The position numbers were made by a program, and so were the translations under genes. Below, one piece after another: positions 11,621 through 24,874 of a stretch of DNA of 63,528 nt (position 1 is the stretch's first letter; every line of letters starts with the position of its first letter). The stretch is from the NCBI GenBank assembly GCA_002633005.1, contig NMRA01001013.1:6858-70385 (forward strand). The letters are read 5' to 3'. The notes beneath the pieces were generated by a model that was given only the letters and a program-made list of their open reading frames with translations, ran no database searches and was not told the DNA's origin. This DNA comes from Phoronis australis. Taxonomy: Eukaryota > Animalia > Phoronida.

Positions 11621-12054
11621 CTGTGAATCACATGGCAAGCAATTAGTGTAATTTGTGCATGAGTATGCACCACACAAGTTGAGGGTGACATAGGGTGTAA
11701 AAATGACTTGGCATTGAACCTCTAAACCTCAACAGGTTCTAAGAACTGCAGTGACCTAGCTTCTATAAGTGCCAATCCGCATATGCCTATTTGAATAATT
11801 AGGTTAAATCAAAGACATTTTGTGATGTAATCCTTGACAGTCTGTTGAAAAAGTAATTTTAAATCATGTTCTATATCTTTGTTTTGTCCCTCATGGTACT
11901 GATAAATCATAATCAATGATTTCATTTCCATGCAAACCTGCTATCACTGAGCAAGTTTAATGTGGATAAAATGTTCAGCTTGACAATTTTGTAGAAAATT
12001 GCAAAGTAATCATCCCTAGTGTCTTCTTTGTAAATATCCTAGTGGAGAGCACAA

Positions 12055-12067
12055 CGCCCCCTAGTGG
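12055..12067 (-). promoter_or_regulatory. CTCF-like motif
   Basis: CGCCCCCTAGTGG reads CCACTAGGGGGCG on the - strand, matching the CTCF core consensus; binding not shown. Confidence 0.4.
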
Positions 12068-14614
12068 GAGGGCTTAGGGTACTGCACTTAAAGCTTCATG
12101 TACACATAAACGAAAAGGGGCGTATGTGTCACAGAGGTCCTGGATTTTGAGAAACAAATTGATGTCGGTTGTACAGTAAAAAAAAAAATGGTTCTCAGCA
12201 TGAGGCTCTACATCTCAGTTCCTAACATTGAATGGTTCTTATGAATTCAGTTTTTATTAGCCAGTTACAACAGTAGGGCTGTGTTTCTTGAGATGTGACT
12301 TTAAGTCAGAAATTTGGTCTTTCGCTCCATATGATTTTTTTTGAAAAATAATTACATCTCACTTGATCAAAAATGCAAAGTCTCTGAGAATGTACACATA
12401 ACTGCTAGTCACTGAGGTAATTTCTATAACATTACAACTCCACTGTAGTCCTATTCTTGACAACACCAGTTTTCAGAGGCCTGATATCTTTCTTTTTTTA
12501 ATGGTCAGGCTCAGTCATTTGTCCGATGTTCCCACGCAAATGCCAGTTATCTACCATGCAGAACGAATATATTAATGTAAAAACGCATAGACTCAAAATT
12601 GTCCTCAATAAATTAAAAAAAAAGCATATTGAAGTGTTTTGGTGAATTTTTATGGGATTTTTTTCTTGGAAAAAAGAATTTACACTAAGTTTGCAGGAGA
12701 AATTCAATTTCAGAAGCCAGACATGTTAAAAAATTACCAGTTTCCGTCCTTGATGTTTCGGTTTATTTCAACAAGTACTTGATTGCCGTTAACACATGTC
12801 TAATGGGACAATTGCCATGTACAACACAATATGAATTAGATCATCCTGATATCAAGGGCCGATGGCTACACTGGTTTTCCAGATTGAAGTAGAGAAGCAT
12901 TGTCTAACTACAAGATACCACTGAACGGCCTAGTTTTCTTATTATTTCTAGATAATGATGTGCTCATATTTACTTAGCTAAACCTTCAATCGCCAAGTGG
13001 GAGTGTAAGACCAAATTTCAGTTTTAATTCACTTTTCACTGTCACTGATTCATACTAGCGAATTCTCGCTGCAAGTGATTCTGGAGTGTCTTGGGGCTAC
13101 GAATGCACCCTTGGTAATATTACTCCTTACAATTTCTGCATGCTTGGCGTTCAGGACCTACCAACTGTTTTATTTCTTTGGCGAACGTTGAAAAACACGC
13201 ACTTACGTAGGCAGCCAGTACCACCGTCTGAACTGTCACTTACATTGGCCATACATTTGTTGTTTAAGTTTCGATGGCACTGTTGTTGAAGTACCAGGTC
13301 TAACCATAAATACACGTATTTGGTACATGTGAACAGGTTTCTATTGCTATAAGCAGCTGTCGGTATGGGACCTAGCACTGCTGTGCCCGGGGACATATGT
13401 TGTTCAGATCGAATACTCTGATTATAAAGCCAATGAAACTAAGAATTTTTGAAGCATGAGTCTTACTCTTTAATTAAGAAATAAATAACGCCAGCCCGTC
13501 ATCGCGCTTTTAGGGATGTTCTTTTTTTCAAAATTAGGACGGTGCATAGACTCTGCAAATTAGCGACAATACGCCTTTCATGACCCGGTTATTGTACCCC
13601 TGCAAAACAAACACTTAGAAACCAAATGTCACTTCTTTCCGTAAAATTCAGTTGCATGATTTTAACACCCAAAATGCCTTGTTGAAAAACTCTTAGAATG
13701 TAGTTTGATAGGTTGTCGGAAGTGGTTCTAAGACTGGGGATGAAAGGATATCACTCAGAGGCCAGACTCTTCCCTGTACGGCCAGGGCTACGGGTCGGCG
13801 CGTATAAAGAATGACCAAATTGTAATTGTCTGGTTTTTGACTAATTTTGCCAAGAAATCGCTGGTTGTCTATATGAACCGCAACTCAAATGTTTCGCTTG
13901 ATGAACAAAAATCTCAAAATTAAAATGCAGCAATGAAATTAAGCTTGATTTGATACCTACGACACTCGATTAAAACTCAGTTGAGTAGACAGACGGAAAT
14001 CCAGTGCTAACTCTGGTGGCTAGTCTCGGGGTCGAAAGCTCTAATAACACATTGGTCACGTTTGGGAGTTGGCACTCCATGGCTAGAGTGATATGCCAGC
14101 GTGTGAACTGGCGTGCACAGTCTGTATATTGAGGTCGTTTCAGACCATTGTAAGCCTAACGAGCACCATTTCTCTCCGGGCGGTTTCGTTGTAAATTTTG
14201 CTACCACATATTCGGATTTCGTTATTCGTATATCATAGCTATTATAGTGCGCACTGACAGGTTTGAGACTACTAGAGCTGTTCATGGTCATTGATTGCCA
14301 AACTGATCAGCCGCGCCACCTGAACACTTTCGTTTCCATAAGACTAAAATCATTCAGGGATTTTGTAATGCTAACTCAACGGCAGTCGTGACCTGATATA
14401 ATATTTTAATCCTTTTAGTCGAGTTTCAATGATATGTAATAATACAAAATCCGTTTTTAGTCCCCTAAAGAAGCAAAACATTCATGTAATTTGAGTATAG
14501 AGCAGTGAAGCATATAAAACGATTTTCGATCGACATATGTTTCGAATGATATATAATAGTTCGTGCGTCGTAAGTTCGTTACCAGAGATGAAACGAAGAC
14601 CGGGATAGGCGATA

Positions 14615-14750
14615 TAAGGTCATTTATTATGACTAATACAATTACAAGTACAGACATTTATATGACTAATACAATTTCAAGTACAGACATTTATATGACA
14701 AATACAATTACAAGTAAGGTCAGTTATATGACTTATACAATTACAAGTAA
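14615..14750. repeat. 33-bp tandem repeat x4
   Basis: ATGACTAATACAATTACAAGTACAGACATTTAT variants. Confidence 0.85.
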
Positions 14751-16328
14751 TAGCAGGAAGAGCTCTTCCTGGCAATAGGTAGTGACTAAACATAAGTAAG
14801 GTAAAAAATAATAATCTCTGGTAAGTGGGCAAAAAGGTCCGCCTCAGAGAAACAAAAAGTCCGAGAAAACGCGACAAAAGTGCACTAAAAAAGACGCAGA
14901 CGCACAGTTCTGAAGGTGGTACCCCCCTTTTTTTTAGTTCTCCCAATGTTTTGTCAGCAAAAGGTCCACATCGGAAGAAATTCGATCCCCTCCCCTTTTT
15001 CAAGACTGAGAGCGCGCATAGAATGGGATTTAGGCAGCCAGCCAGCCAGCAGAGTGTTTCCTGAGTGGAGTCGCTATGATGCCGACGTTCGAGTCAGCGC
15101 CATTTCTCCCCGATCTAACCACTTTGAACTGTTCGGTTTGTGTCCATACGAAGCAAGTTTATGAAAAAATCGGCTGCCCATCAAGAGCCTCTGGAAAGAC
15201 TAACGGGAAACCGTTTGTTTTTCTGGGCCGGTAAGAGGCAATTCCTACGCTAACATTTGGGGTTTTGTAACGTAAGCGCGCTAAAGGAGCTAAGTCAGAC
15301 TCACTAACTCGTTCTAATCGATTCACTAATGCGCGTAGCTGAAGAAAACCTGCTCGCTTACTTCGATTATCATCGACGCATTGGTTTTAAAAATTCGAAG
15401 TCGGTTGATATTTGTTTTTTAATTTTAAAAACGATCACATTGTTTGTTTTTTTGCCTAATAGGCTGAACAGGCGCGTTGGTTTACGATCGCAATTATCTC
15501 ATCCAATACACATTCGGCCAAGCACATGAACAGCGTCTAGCTCACTTCAATCTGTGACGGCGCCATCAAANCTCAGAGAAACAAAAACTCCGAAAAAAAG
15601 TAGAAAACGAGACAAAAGTCCACTACAAAGGTCAGCCTGGAACTACCGAAATTCGGCGAATGCACAATTCAATCACAGCTCCCGGAACGTAGTCCGTGAA
15701 GCTTAGTAAAAGGTACACATTCTCAAAAATTCGCGAGCCCCCATTTTCAGTTTAGGCAGTGCACGCTTTCTCGTCCATGCAATTCCTGTTAACGTAAGTG
15801 TTGCCAGGAACTGAGAGATAACCAGTGGTTATCTCTTCCTGATGTTGCTTATTGGAAGACTATCCTGGGTATTTTCATATACAATGCCGTTTTTGACCAA
15901 GTCTAAAGGGGACGCTCAGCCAGAGTGAAATGGCCCGCAGTCAGACATTGTTACAAAACAGATAAGAGCTACTATAGCTGAATTGATATGGCTTGAGCCC
16001 ATCATAAAATGTAATTACGTCACTGGGTGGACTGGAGACTGAGAAAACTAGCTGTCACGCGCGCCGCATTGGGCATCATATGGTCACGAAGTAGGACTTA
16101 ATTACAAAGTATTCTCAGCTAAAAGCCATCGATACTGAGAATCACGCCACCCCTGACAGTAGCATAAGGCCACTGATAGCCCCGGCCGGCTTACATTCTG
16201 GCCGGCGAGGTATCACGGCCGTATAACGCCCGCCGGAGCACCAAAGATTAATTACTGCCTGAGAGGCCGCGCCGCGGTCACTGCGGAGTAGGCGAGGCCA
16301 TCTGCTTCCTCTGACGGTGGTCCACCTG

Positions 16329-16586
16329 GGGCCCGTTCCAAGAAACTCCAGTGATGCAGTGACTTATGTTAATTCATTTTTGACTTAAGTCTAAGATTTA
16401 TCTTAGCTTCCAAACTTTGAAACTTCAACATTCGGAAAATTCAGACCATGTCAAACACTTATTGTCAACTGAAACTTCCAAGATCTCTTTCTTGAATTGG
16501 TTTTGAGATTGAATTTAATTTTTATTTTAAAATTGACAAAATTTAAGATTTGTCTTTGCGAAGTCAGTTTTGTTGGAACGGGGCCC
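16329..16586. mobile_element. PIF/Harbinger-like MITE, CTG TSD (second copy 20385-20627)
   Basis: TIR GGGCCCGTTCCAA / TTGGAACGGGGCCC; CTG on both sides. Confidence 0.78.
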
Positions 16587-16889
16587 CTGGACTAAGTTTA
16601 AACTTTTGATCATCGTAGGTGTGCGTCGGTATCGGGATTTGTACCGCCAGCAGGTTATGAGTCTAAATCGATGACTCGATCGTGATGGCCCCGCGCCGGC
16701 CGGGCCAATACCATATTGAGGGCCCTACAGTACGTATAGACGAGGCAGATGAATCCCGGATAGTTCTCACAAAGGCTATACCGGTACTTCTCTGTGCCCG
16801 GTTGCATGCCCGGAAACAGGCCCAATATAGGGCCGACTCAACTAGTATGAGTTCCTTCAGTTTAAATTTGATTTGTGCATGGACACCAG

Positions 16890-17291
16890 GGCCCGGTCTC
16901 CAATCTTTTTTGCTCGAAATGGAACTCGAAATTAGGTTTGGCATTTTCTACTCTACTTTTTGGGCGAAATCAAGATAAGTGTCTATTATTCTATGCTCGA
17001 GTACACAATAACTTATGTAGATAATTTATTGCCCTTAGTTCACAGTTTGTAAACCCAATATTAAAGCAGGAGTTTGAACTCTAAATTTCGAGTTTTTACT
17101 CGAGTTTGTAGCACAAATAGAGGGTCTTCAAGGGCAAACTTGAACTAGAAACTCCTATGCATAAACTATAATGTATTCGAGTACAGTCTGGATAACCAAT
17201 TATCTTAAGTTCGCACAAAAGGAGCAGAGAAATTGCCAAAAATCGATAGTTTCGAGTTCAGTTCGTTTCGTAAAGAGTTAGAGACCGGCCC
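16890..17291. mobile_element. PIF/Harbinger-like MITE, CAG TSD, polymorphic
   Basis: TIR GGCCCGGTCTC / GAGACCGGCCC; CAG duplicated; empty site GGACACCAGCT at ~20936-20946. Confidence 0.88.
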
Positions 17292-17689
17292 CAGCTCTTT
17301 GTCCTTTCTTATGAAGTTGTTTCAGTTTCAGTCATCACAAAGTCAGTCAAGTTTTGGCTTTGATACAAATCGAGAGTGAACTCTACGTTAAATTCTCAAT
17401 ATCGAAAATAAGAAGCCGATCTTTTCATGCAGGTGTCGTTCCGGTTATCCGCGGTCTTTCAGTCAGTGACTCCGTAGTGGGGCGCAGTTTTTGAGTATTA
17501 CGTACCGGTATTAGATAATGGGTACTCGAAGTGGACCTCAATAGTGGAAAAGGCTACATCGGTGAGTAAAGAACGATACGAATACGCAAAATATTTAGGA
17601 AACTTAGTTTAGTCCCTGTTTGGGATTGTTTCATGCAACTTTCCACTGGGCCTTGAAACAGGTTTCGGGAAAAAACGTCGGTATTACGG

Positions 17690-17911
17690 AAATAACCGAA
17701 AGATTGAAATCAAGATGGCGTCAAACGCATTCTGGTCCTAGGCTATTCGCTTTTTATCGTGTGTGTACTGTTAACCAGTTTCAGTATTCTAGGTCACCAA
17801 TAGGTGATTGATTGTAATACGATGTTGGCCAACAAGTGACTGAAAGGAAAGTAACAGATATTTCCATTGTTATCTTGACAAAGTTCGACAGGCAGCATAC
17901 TTTAAGTAAGT
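17690..17911 (+). promoter_or_regulatory. Putative TSS / first non-coding exon of the PP2C gene (duplicate copy at ~21393-21614)
   Basis: YY1-type CAAGATGGCG at 17711-17720 at the edge of a CpG-rich zone, then donor TAA|gtaagt at 17906; PP2C ATG exon begins with an acceptor. Confidence 0.4.
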
Positions 17912-19225
17912 CATTTGTGCATTATAAAATCAACATCAAATTCTGAGTACAAGATTAACTGGAAAGACCTGATGGATTTTGACTGGGAAACATCCATGAT
18001 TCATGCATTACCAATAACATGTCTCATGACAAATTTTAAAGAAGTTCAACGGTGGAATTTGAATCACTTCTTTAAGTTCTTATCAAACAACAAAAGCTTG
18101 AACAATACTGGCATTGTTTCTCAAATATTCCCGCCAATTGTTTTAAGTGTGCCATCTATATAATATTGCTATTCCTATCACACTTTTCTCTCACTTCCTC
18201 GTTTACTACTACAAGTTTACATAGCCTACATACTAAATTTACTCAAAGGCATCAGTGGACATTACTCATTAGCCTGTGGCTAGTCGAAGCGAAGCAAGAG
18301 TTGCTTTAAGATATTTACAGTATTTTAAAGGATTGTATGATACTGTTAGATATTTTCAAAATGTTATATATAGTGAATGGTATTAGTAACTATAAAAGTG
18401 AAAAAGGTATTGAGAGCTGGTTACTTACATGAAGTTTAGACTAACTAATGAACATATTTTTCTCACATGACGTGGAATGTGTTACGACATGACTGGTTAA
18501 TAACACCAAGTACGTAATTTTTTGATATTGCATGGGCGAATCACGAAGTAGTGCAAAGAAGACATCTGTACGCCTTACATGTTATCGTCTGCAAAACACT
18601 AAAACAACCAAACATGCACCAATCAAACAATAACGGAATCCTGAGAAGGTGACAAGGTTATGATTGACAAATCAGGTGTCGCAACTGTACGTACTCCCAG
18701 TCGGAAAGACTATATGCAAACAACTTCTTAAACGGAGCCATCTTCGGCGGTGAATTCCATATCCACGTTCGTTCGACGAGCTCCAATTTCTCCAAATCAA
18801 GAAACACAGCGAGACTGTCTAGCTGTGCTGTCTCAAGGTGAATGCAGTGCACGGGGAAGCCTTGCTGACTGTTATTTATAAACATTTTTATATGTTTTAA
18901 CGCTACAACTTAAAAAAGATTATTTATTAGATTCTAACTTGAATATTTGCTACGAAAGCTGAATGCAATTTACAATTGTTAAGCTTAAAATAAAACTGTT
19001 ATAACAAAAACTAACTGAATTACTTTACATTGCGCAAGCGTGTTTTTACAAAAGTTGTGTCATGTGGTTGAAAGTTTAAGACCTGTCGAGTTTTTTGGCA
19101 AAAAAGTTCATTTTTATGGTTCATGTGAGAAAACAAATCCTGCACATTTCTCAGATTTATGACATTGGCAAAACCTCTTGGAAATTTCGTCAAAATCCCT
19201 CAGCAAGCCCCTGGATTTTGACAAN

Positions 19226-22200
19226 GAGCTAAGTCAGACTCACTCACTAACTCATTCTAATCGATTCACTAATGCGCGTAGCTGAAGAAAACCTGTTCGC
19301 TTACTTCGATTATCATCGACGCATTGGTTTTAAAAATTCGAAGTCGGTTGATATTTATTTTTTAATTTTAAAAACGATCACAATGTTTGTTTTTTTTTTG
19401 CCTAATAGGCTGAACAGGCGCGTTGGTTTACGATCGCAATTATCTCATCCAATACACATTCGGCCAAGCACATGAACAGCGTCTAGTTCACTTCAATCTG
19501 TGACGGCGCCATCAAACCTTTGATATGCTGAGGAATTTGCTGGGTNNNNNNNNNNNNNNNNNNNNNNNNNNNNNNNNNNNNNCCGTGGGGGGGGGGGGCT
19601 CGAACGAGCCTCCGTATTGGCGAAGTGAGCAAAAGGTCCGCCTCAGAGAAACAAAACTGCGAAAAAAGTAGAAAACGAGACAAAAGTCCACTAAAAAGGT
19701 CAGGAACTACCAAAATTCGGCGAATGCACAATTCAATCACAGCTCCCGGAACGTAGCCCGTGAAGCTTAGTAAAAGGTACACATTCTCAAAAATTCGCGA
19801 GCCCCCATTTTCAGTTTAGGCAGTGCACGCTTTCTCGTCCATGCAATTCCTGTTAACGTAAGTGTTGCCAGGAACTAAGAGATAACCAGTGGTTATCTCT
19901 TCCTGGTGTTGCTTATTGCAAGACTATGTCCTGGGTATTTTCATATAATGCCGTTTTTGACCAAGTCTAAAGATGACGCTCAGAGTGAAATGGCCCTCAG
20001 TCAAACATTGTTCCAAAACAGATTGCCTGATAAGAGCTACTATAGCTGAATTGATATGGCTTGAGCCCATCATAAAATGTAATTACATAACTCACTGGGT
20101 GAATTGGAGACTGAGAAAACTGTCACGCGTGCCGCATTGGGCATTATATGGTCACGAAGTAGGACTTAATTACAAAGTATTCTCGGCTAAAAGCCAAAGC
20201 TGAGAATCGCGCCACCCCTGACAGTAGGCGGCCGGCTTACATTCTGGCCGGCGGGGTAGCACGGCCGTATAACGCCCGCCCGGCGGAGCACCAAAGATTA
20301 ATTGCTGCCAGAGGCCGCGCCGCGGGTCACTGCGGAGTAGGCGAGGCCATCTGCTTCCTCTGACCTTGGTGGTCTACGATACTGGGGCCCGTTCCCGGCA
20401 AGAAACTCCAGTGATGCAGTGTATGAATTCATTTTTGACTTAAGTCTAAGATTTATCTTAGCTTCCAAACTTTGAAACTTCCACATTCGGAAAATTTAGA
20501 CCATGTCAAACACTTATTGTCAACTGAAACTTCAAAGATCTCTTCATTTTCTTGAATTGGTTTTGAGATAAATTTAATTTTTATTTTAAAATTGACAAAA
20601 TTTAAGATTTGTCTTTGGAACGGGCCCCTAGACTAAATTTAAACTTTTGATCATCGTAGGTGTGCGTCGGTATCGGGATTTGTACCGCCAGCAGGTTATG
20701 AGTCTAAATCGATGACTTCGTGACGGCCCCGGCGCCGGCAGGGCCAATACCATTGAGGGGCCCGCGGATCGATCGTAGGCCGTACAGTACGTATAGACTT
20801 GAGGCAGATGAATCCCGGATAGTTCTCACAAAGGCTATACCGGTACTTCTCTGTGCCCGGTTACATGCCGAAACAGGCCCAAATAGGGACGACTCAACTA
20901 GTATAAGTTCCTTCAGTTTAAATTGATTTGTGCATGGACACCAGCTGCTTTCTTATTAAGTTGTTTCCGTTTCAGTCACAAAGTCAGTCAAGTTTTGGCT
21001 TCGATACAAATCGAGAGTGAACTCTACTTTAAATTCTCAATATTATCGAAAATAAGAAGCTGATCTTTTCACGCAGGTGTCGTTCCAGCCAGTATCCGCG
21101 GCCCTTTCCGAAAGGGCCGCGGATACTGGCTGCGCCCCACTCCGGCTAGTCACTGACTGGCAGTCAGTGACTAGCCGGAGTGGGGCGCAGTTTTTGAGTA
21201 TTACGTACCGGTATTAGAAAATGGTAGTCGAAGTGGACCTCAATAGTGGAAAAGGCTACATCTGTGAGTAAAGAACGATATGAATACGCAAAAGATTTAT
21301 GAAACTTAGTTTAGTCCCTGTTTGGGATTGTTTCATGCCAACTTTCCACTGGGCCTTGAAACAGGTTTCGGGAAAAAACGTCGGTATTACGGAAATAACC
21401 GAAAGATTGAAATCAAGATGGCGTCAAACGCATTCTGGTCCTAGGCTATTCGCTTTTTATCGTGTGTGTACTGTTAACCAGTTTCAGTATTCTAGGTCAC
21501 CAATAGGTGATTGATTGTAATACGATGTTGGCCAACAAGTGACTGAAAGGAAAGTAACAGATATTTCCATTGTTATCTTGACAAAGTTCGACAGGCAGCA
21601 TACTTTAAGTAAGTCTTTTGTGCATTATAAAATCAACATCAAATTCAGAGTACAAGATTAACTGGAAAGACTTGATGGATTTTGACTGGGAAACATCCAT
21701 GATTCATGCATTACCAATAACATGTCTCATGACAAATTTTAAAGAAGTTCAACGGTGGAATTTGAATCACTTCTTTAAGTTCTTATCAAACAACAAAAGC
21801 TTGAACAATACTGGCATTATTACTCAAACATTCCCGACAATTGTTTTAAGTGTGTCATCTATATAATATTGCTATTCCCATCACACTTTTCTCTCACTTC
21901 CTCGTTTACTACTACAAGTCTACATACTGTAGCCTTTGGCTACATACTAAATTTACTCAAAGGCAACAGTGGACATTACTCATTAGCCTGTGGCTAGTCG
22001 AAGCGAAGCAAGAGTTGCTTTAAGATATTTACAGTATTTTCAAGGATTGTATGATACTGTTAGATATTTTCAAAATGTTATATATAGTGAATGGTATTAG
22101 TAACTATAAAAGTGAAAAAAGTATTGAGAGCTGGATACTTACATGAAGTTTAGACTAACTAATGAACATATTTTTCTCACATGACATGGAATGTGTTACG

Positions 22201-22896
22201 ACATGACTGGTTAATTACACCAAGTACATAATTTTTTGATATTGCATGGGCGAATCACAAAGTAGTGCAAAGAAGACATCTGTACGCCTTACATGTTATC
22301 GTCTGCAAAACACTAAAACAACCAAACATGCACCAACCAAACAGTAATGGAATCCTGAGAAGGTGACAAGGTTATGATTGACAAATCAGGTGTCGCAACT
22401 GTACGTACTCCCAGTCGGAAAGACTATATGCAAACATTCAAACGGAGACGAGCTCCAATTTCTCCAAATCAAGAAAGACAGCGAGACTGTCTAGCTGTGC
22501 TGTCTCAAGGTGAATGCAGTGCACGGTGAAGCCTTGCTGACTGTTATTTATAAACATTTTTTTATGTTTTAACGCTACAACTTAAAAAAGATTATTTATT
22601 AGATTCTAACTTGAATATTTGCTACGAAAGCTGAATGCAATTTACAATTGTTAAGCTTAAAATAAAACTGTTATAACAAAAACTAACTGAATTACTTTAC
22701 ATTGCGCAAGCGTGTTTTTACAAAAGTTGTGTCATGTGGTTGAAAGTTTAAGACCTGTCGAGTTTTTTGGCAAAAAAGTTCATTTTTATGGTTCATGTGA
22801 GAAAACAAATCCTGCACATTTCTCAGATTTATGACATTGGCAAAACCTCTTGGAAATTTCGTCAAAATCCCTCAGCAAGCCCCTGGATTTTGACAA
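19226..22896. other. Overlap duplicate of 15287-19224 (probable second haplotype)
   Basis: Junction exactly at N 19225; collinear with SNPs and indels. Confidence 0.88.
21086..21190. repeat. Two abutting perfect palindromes (23-bp and 30-bp arms, 1-nt spacers)
   Basis: 21086-21108/21110-21132 and 21130-21159/21161-21190. Confidence 0.92.
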
Positions 22897-22947
22897 GATT
22901 TCCATGAGGTTTTGCCCATGTCATAAACCTGAGACTCGTGTGGGATT
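22808..22947. repeat. Imperfect fold-back, ~63-bp arms, 14-nt loop
   Basis: ...TTTATGACATTGGCAAAACCTC...GTCAAAATCC / GGATTTTGAC...GAGGTTTTGCCCATGTCATAAA; partial copy at 19136-19224. Confidence 0.85.
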
Positions 22948-24687
22948 CTCTATACAAATATACAGTTAAGTTTAGTTTACTGTAGTATTGTAGTTATTGT
23001 GGATGGCACTGGGATTGTAATTTATGGCACACCTTAATACATACTTGAAGAACACTGCTTTTTGAAGGCTTGTCTCACTATCCCGCCACACCGAAATGAC
23101 CTGGTTTTTAACACAGGGCGAAGTAGACTCACCATCAGGCATCATAATTGCAGTCAGTGTCCTTCTTTTTAGCTGTTTCAGTTGGGAGTTGTATTTCTTT
23201 GATAATTTACTATTTATTGGAAGAACTTTAAAGGAATAAGTAAACTTATCTTGCAGTCACCAATTTTTGTTCTTGGTTTATCTTTGCACCAAGCTGTAGA
23301 GCTGTAGACAAGAGCATTTTACACACTCTTTTTATAGTTTAAGTTTAAGATGTAACACCTAGAGTTTTGATGTAAATGCAAGTCAATGGTTAATGGCCTG
23401 TGTATTATCAATACAGAACCAGCAAATTCCCAAAAATAGAACTAAAAAAGTCTGACGGCCATAAATAAATAATAACTTCCTGGGAAGAATAATTATTCAC
23501 AAAGCTGTAAGAATAATTGTTCACAAAGCTTTTTATTTGAAATTTTGATCTCAGGCTGCAGTTCATACTACGGAAGTTAATGTAAAAAAAGAATTTCTTA
23601 AAATTGTAATTAGAAGTGTCTAATCATCATCTTTGAAGACTAATGTGTGAATAGGGAACAGTTACATGATTTCTAGACAAACTTTCTTTAACAAATTTCC
23701 TCATGACCTAATTATTTAACCTCGATCGAAGTCTAAAAGTTTCCAATATTACGACAGCTTCAGCTGAATTAAAAGTGTAAGCTTTGTTCATTGTAATTTC
23801 CTCTTTTTTGTATTATCTGTCTTACTAATAATACTTGGTTTAATAAAACATTCATACGAAAAAACAAAAAAATTTAAACTTTGGCTCTTGCAACAAATGC
23901 GTGTCACGTGTCTGTGTTGTGTTTCATGACAAGTAAGTCAGTGAGCACCTTTGTAGCTTTGTTCTTTGCTACTAGGAGTTAGTTGGGTTTTACAGGCCAT
24001 GAGATTCCAGTCACTCAAAAAGTGTTATACGATTTACCACCATTTTTTAATCACAGTGCAGTCCATCCATTCTTTTTATGTGCTTTGAACCAGAAGCCTT
24101 CAGTCACTTTGGGTGCTTTGATGACTTAGTGACCCATATTTGTCATAAGTGGCCCGCATGTGTTGGAGCTGAGAGTTGTAGAATTATGGAAAAATAAACC
24201 AACATTCATTGACAGCAACAGGGGTATGATGAACATTTTTGTAAAGATGATTTTTTTCTGAAAAATTAATTTAATTTGAATGTCTAAGTTTCTAAAATGA
24301 ACTTTGTGATCTTTGGGTGTTGAAATTTTTGAATGACTGGCCACTCCTTGCAATTTGCGTAGACTTGTATAATTGTAATAAGGATTGTGAAAGTGCAATT
24401 TGCTCATCTAGTGTTATGGGGGCCCCAAACCTCATATACTAAGTATGCCAATCACTCATAACTCATGTTCCAGTGAGCAGGGTGCTCTTATGTCAGAAGT
24501 TCTACAGCACTACGATACTAATAATTTATTGATCATATTTCTGTTGGTTAGATTGGAAGTGTAAGCAACTCTTTAGAGCTACTTGAAAGTGAAGCCCATA
24601 TTCTACCCTAGCTGACGCTTGCATGGGCACCAGTTAATAACATGCAAACTAAGTTGTGCAATTTTCTTTGAATTGCAGACAAACAGC

Positions 24688-24874
24688 ATGGGACAGACGT
24701 TGTCCGAACCAGTGACTACAAAAGAGTCGTCACGTTGTAGTAACTCACTGGTCAAGGTGGGTTCCTCAGCCATGCAGGGTTGGAGGATCAGCATGGAAGA
24801 TGATCATACGCACTTGTTGTCGCTGAGCTCCGATAAAAATGCCTGTTTCTTTGGAGTGTACGATGGACATGGAG
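24688..24874 (+). CDS. PP2C coding exon 1
   Basis: ttgcag acceptor ending 24678, ATG 24688, G|gtatag donor. Confidence 0.93.

Noticed and set aside
13752-15068. Possible CACTCAG...CTGAGTG terminal inverted repeats
   Set aside because: Only 7 bp match cleanly and no target-site duplication is visible.
15287-22896. Real 3.9-kb tandem segmental duplication with duplicated small ORFs
   Set aside because: Junction falls exactly on an N like the other overlaps; the ORFs lack recognisable domains and some differ by frameshifts between copies.
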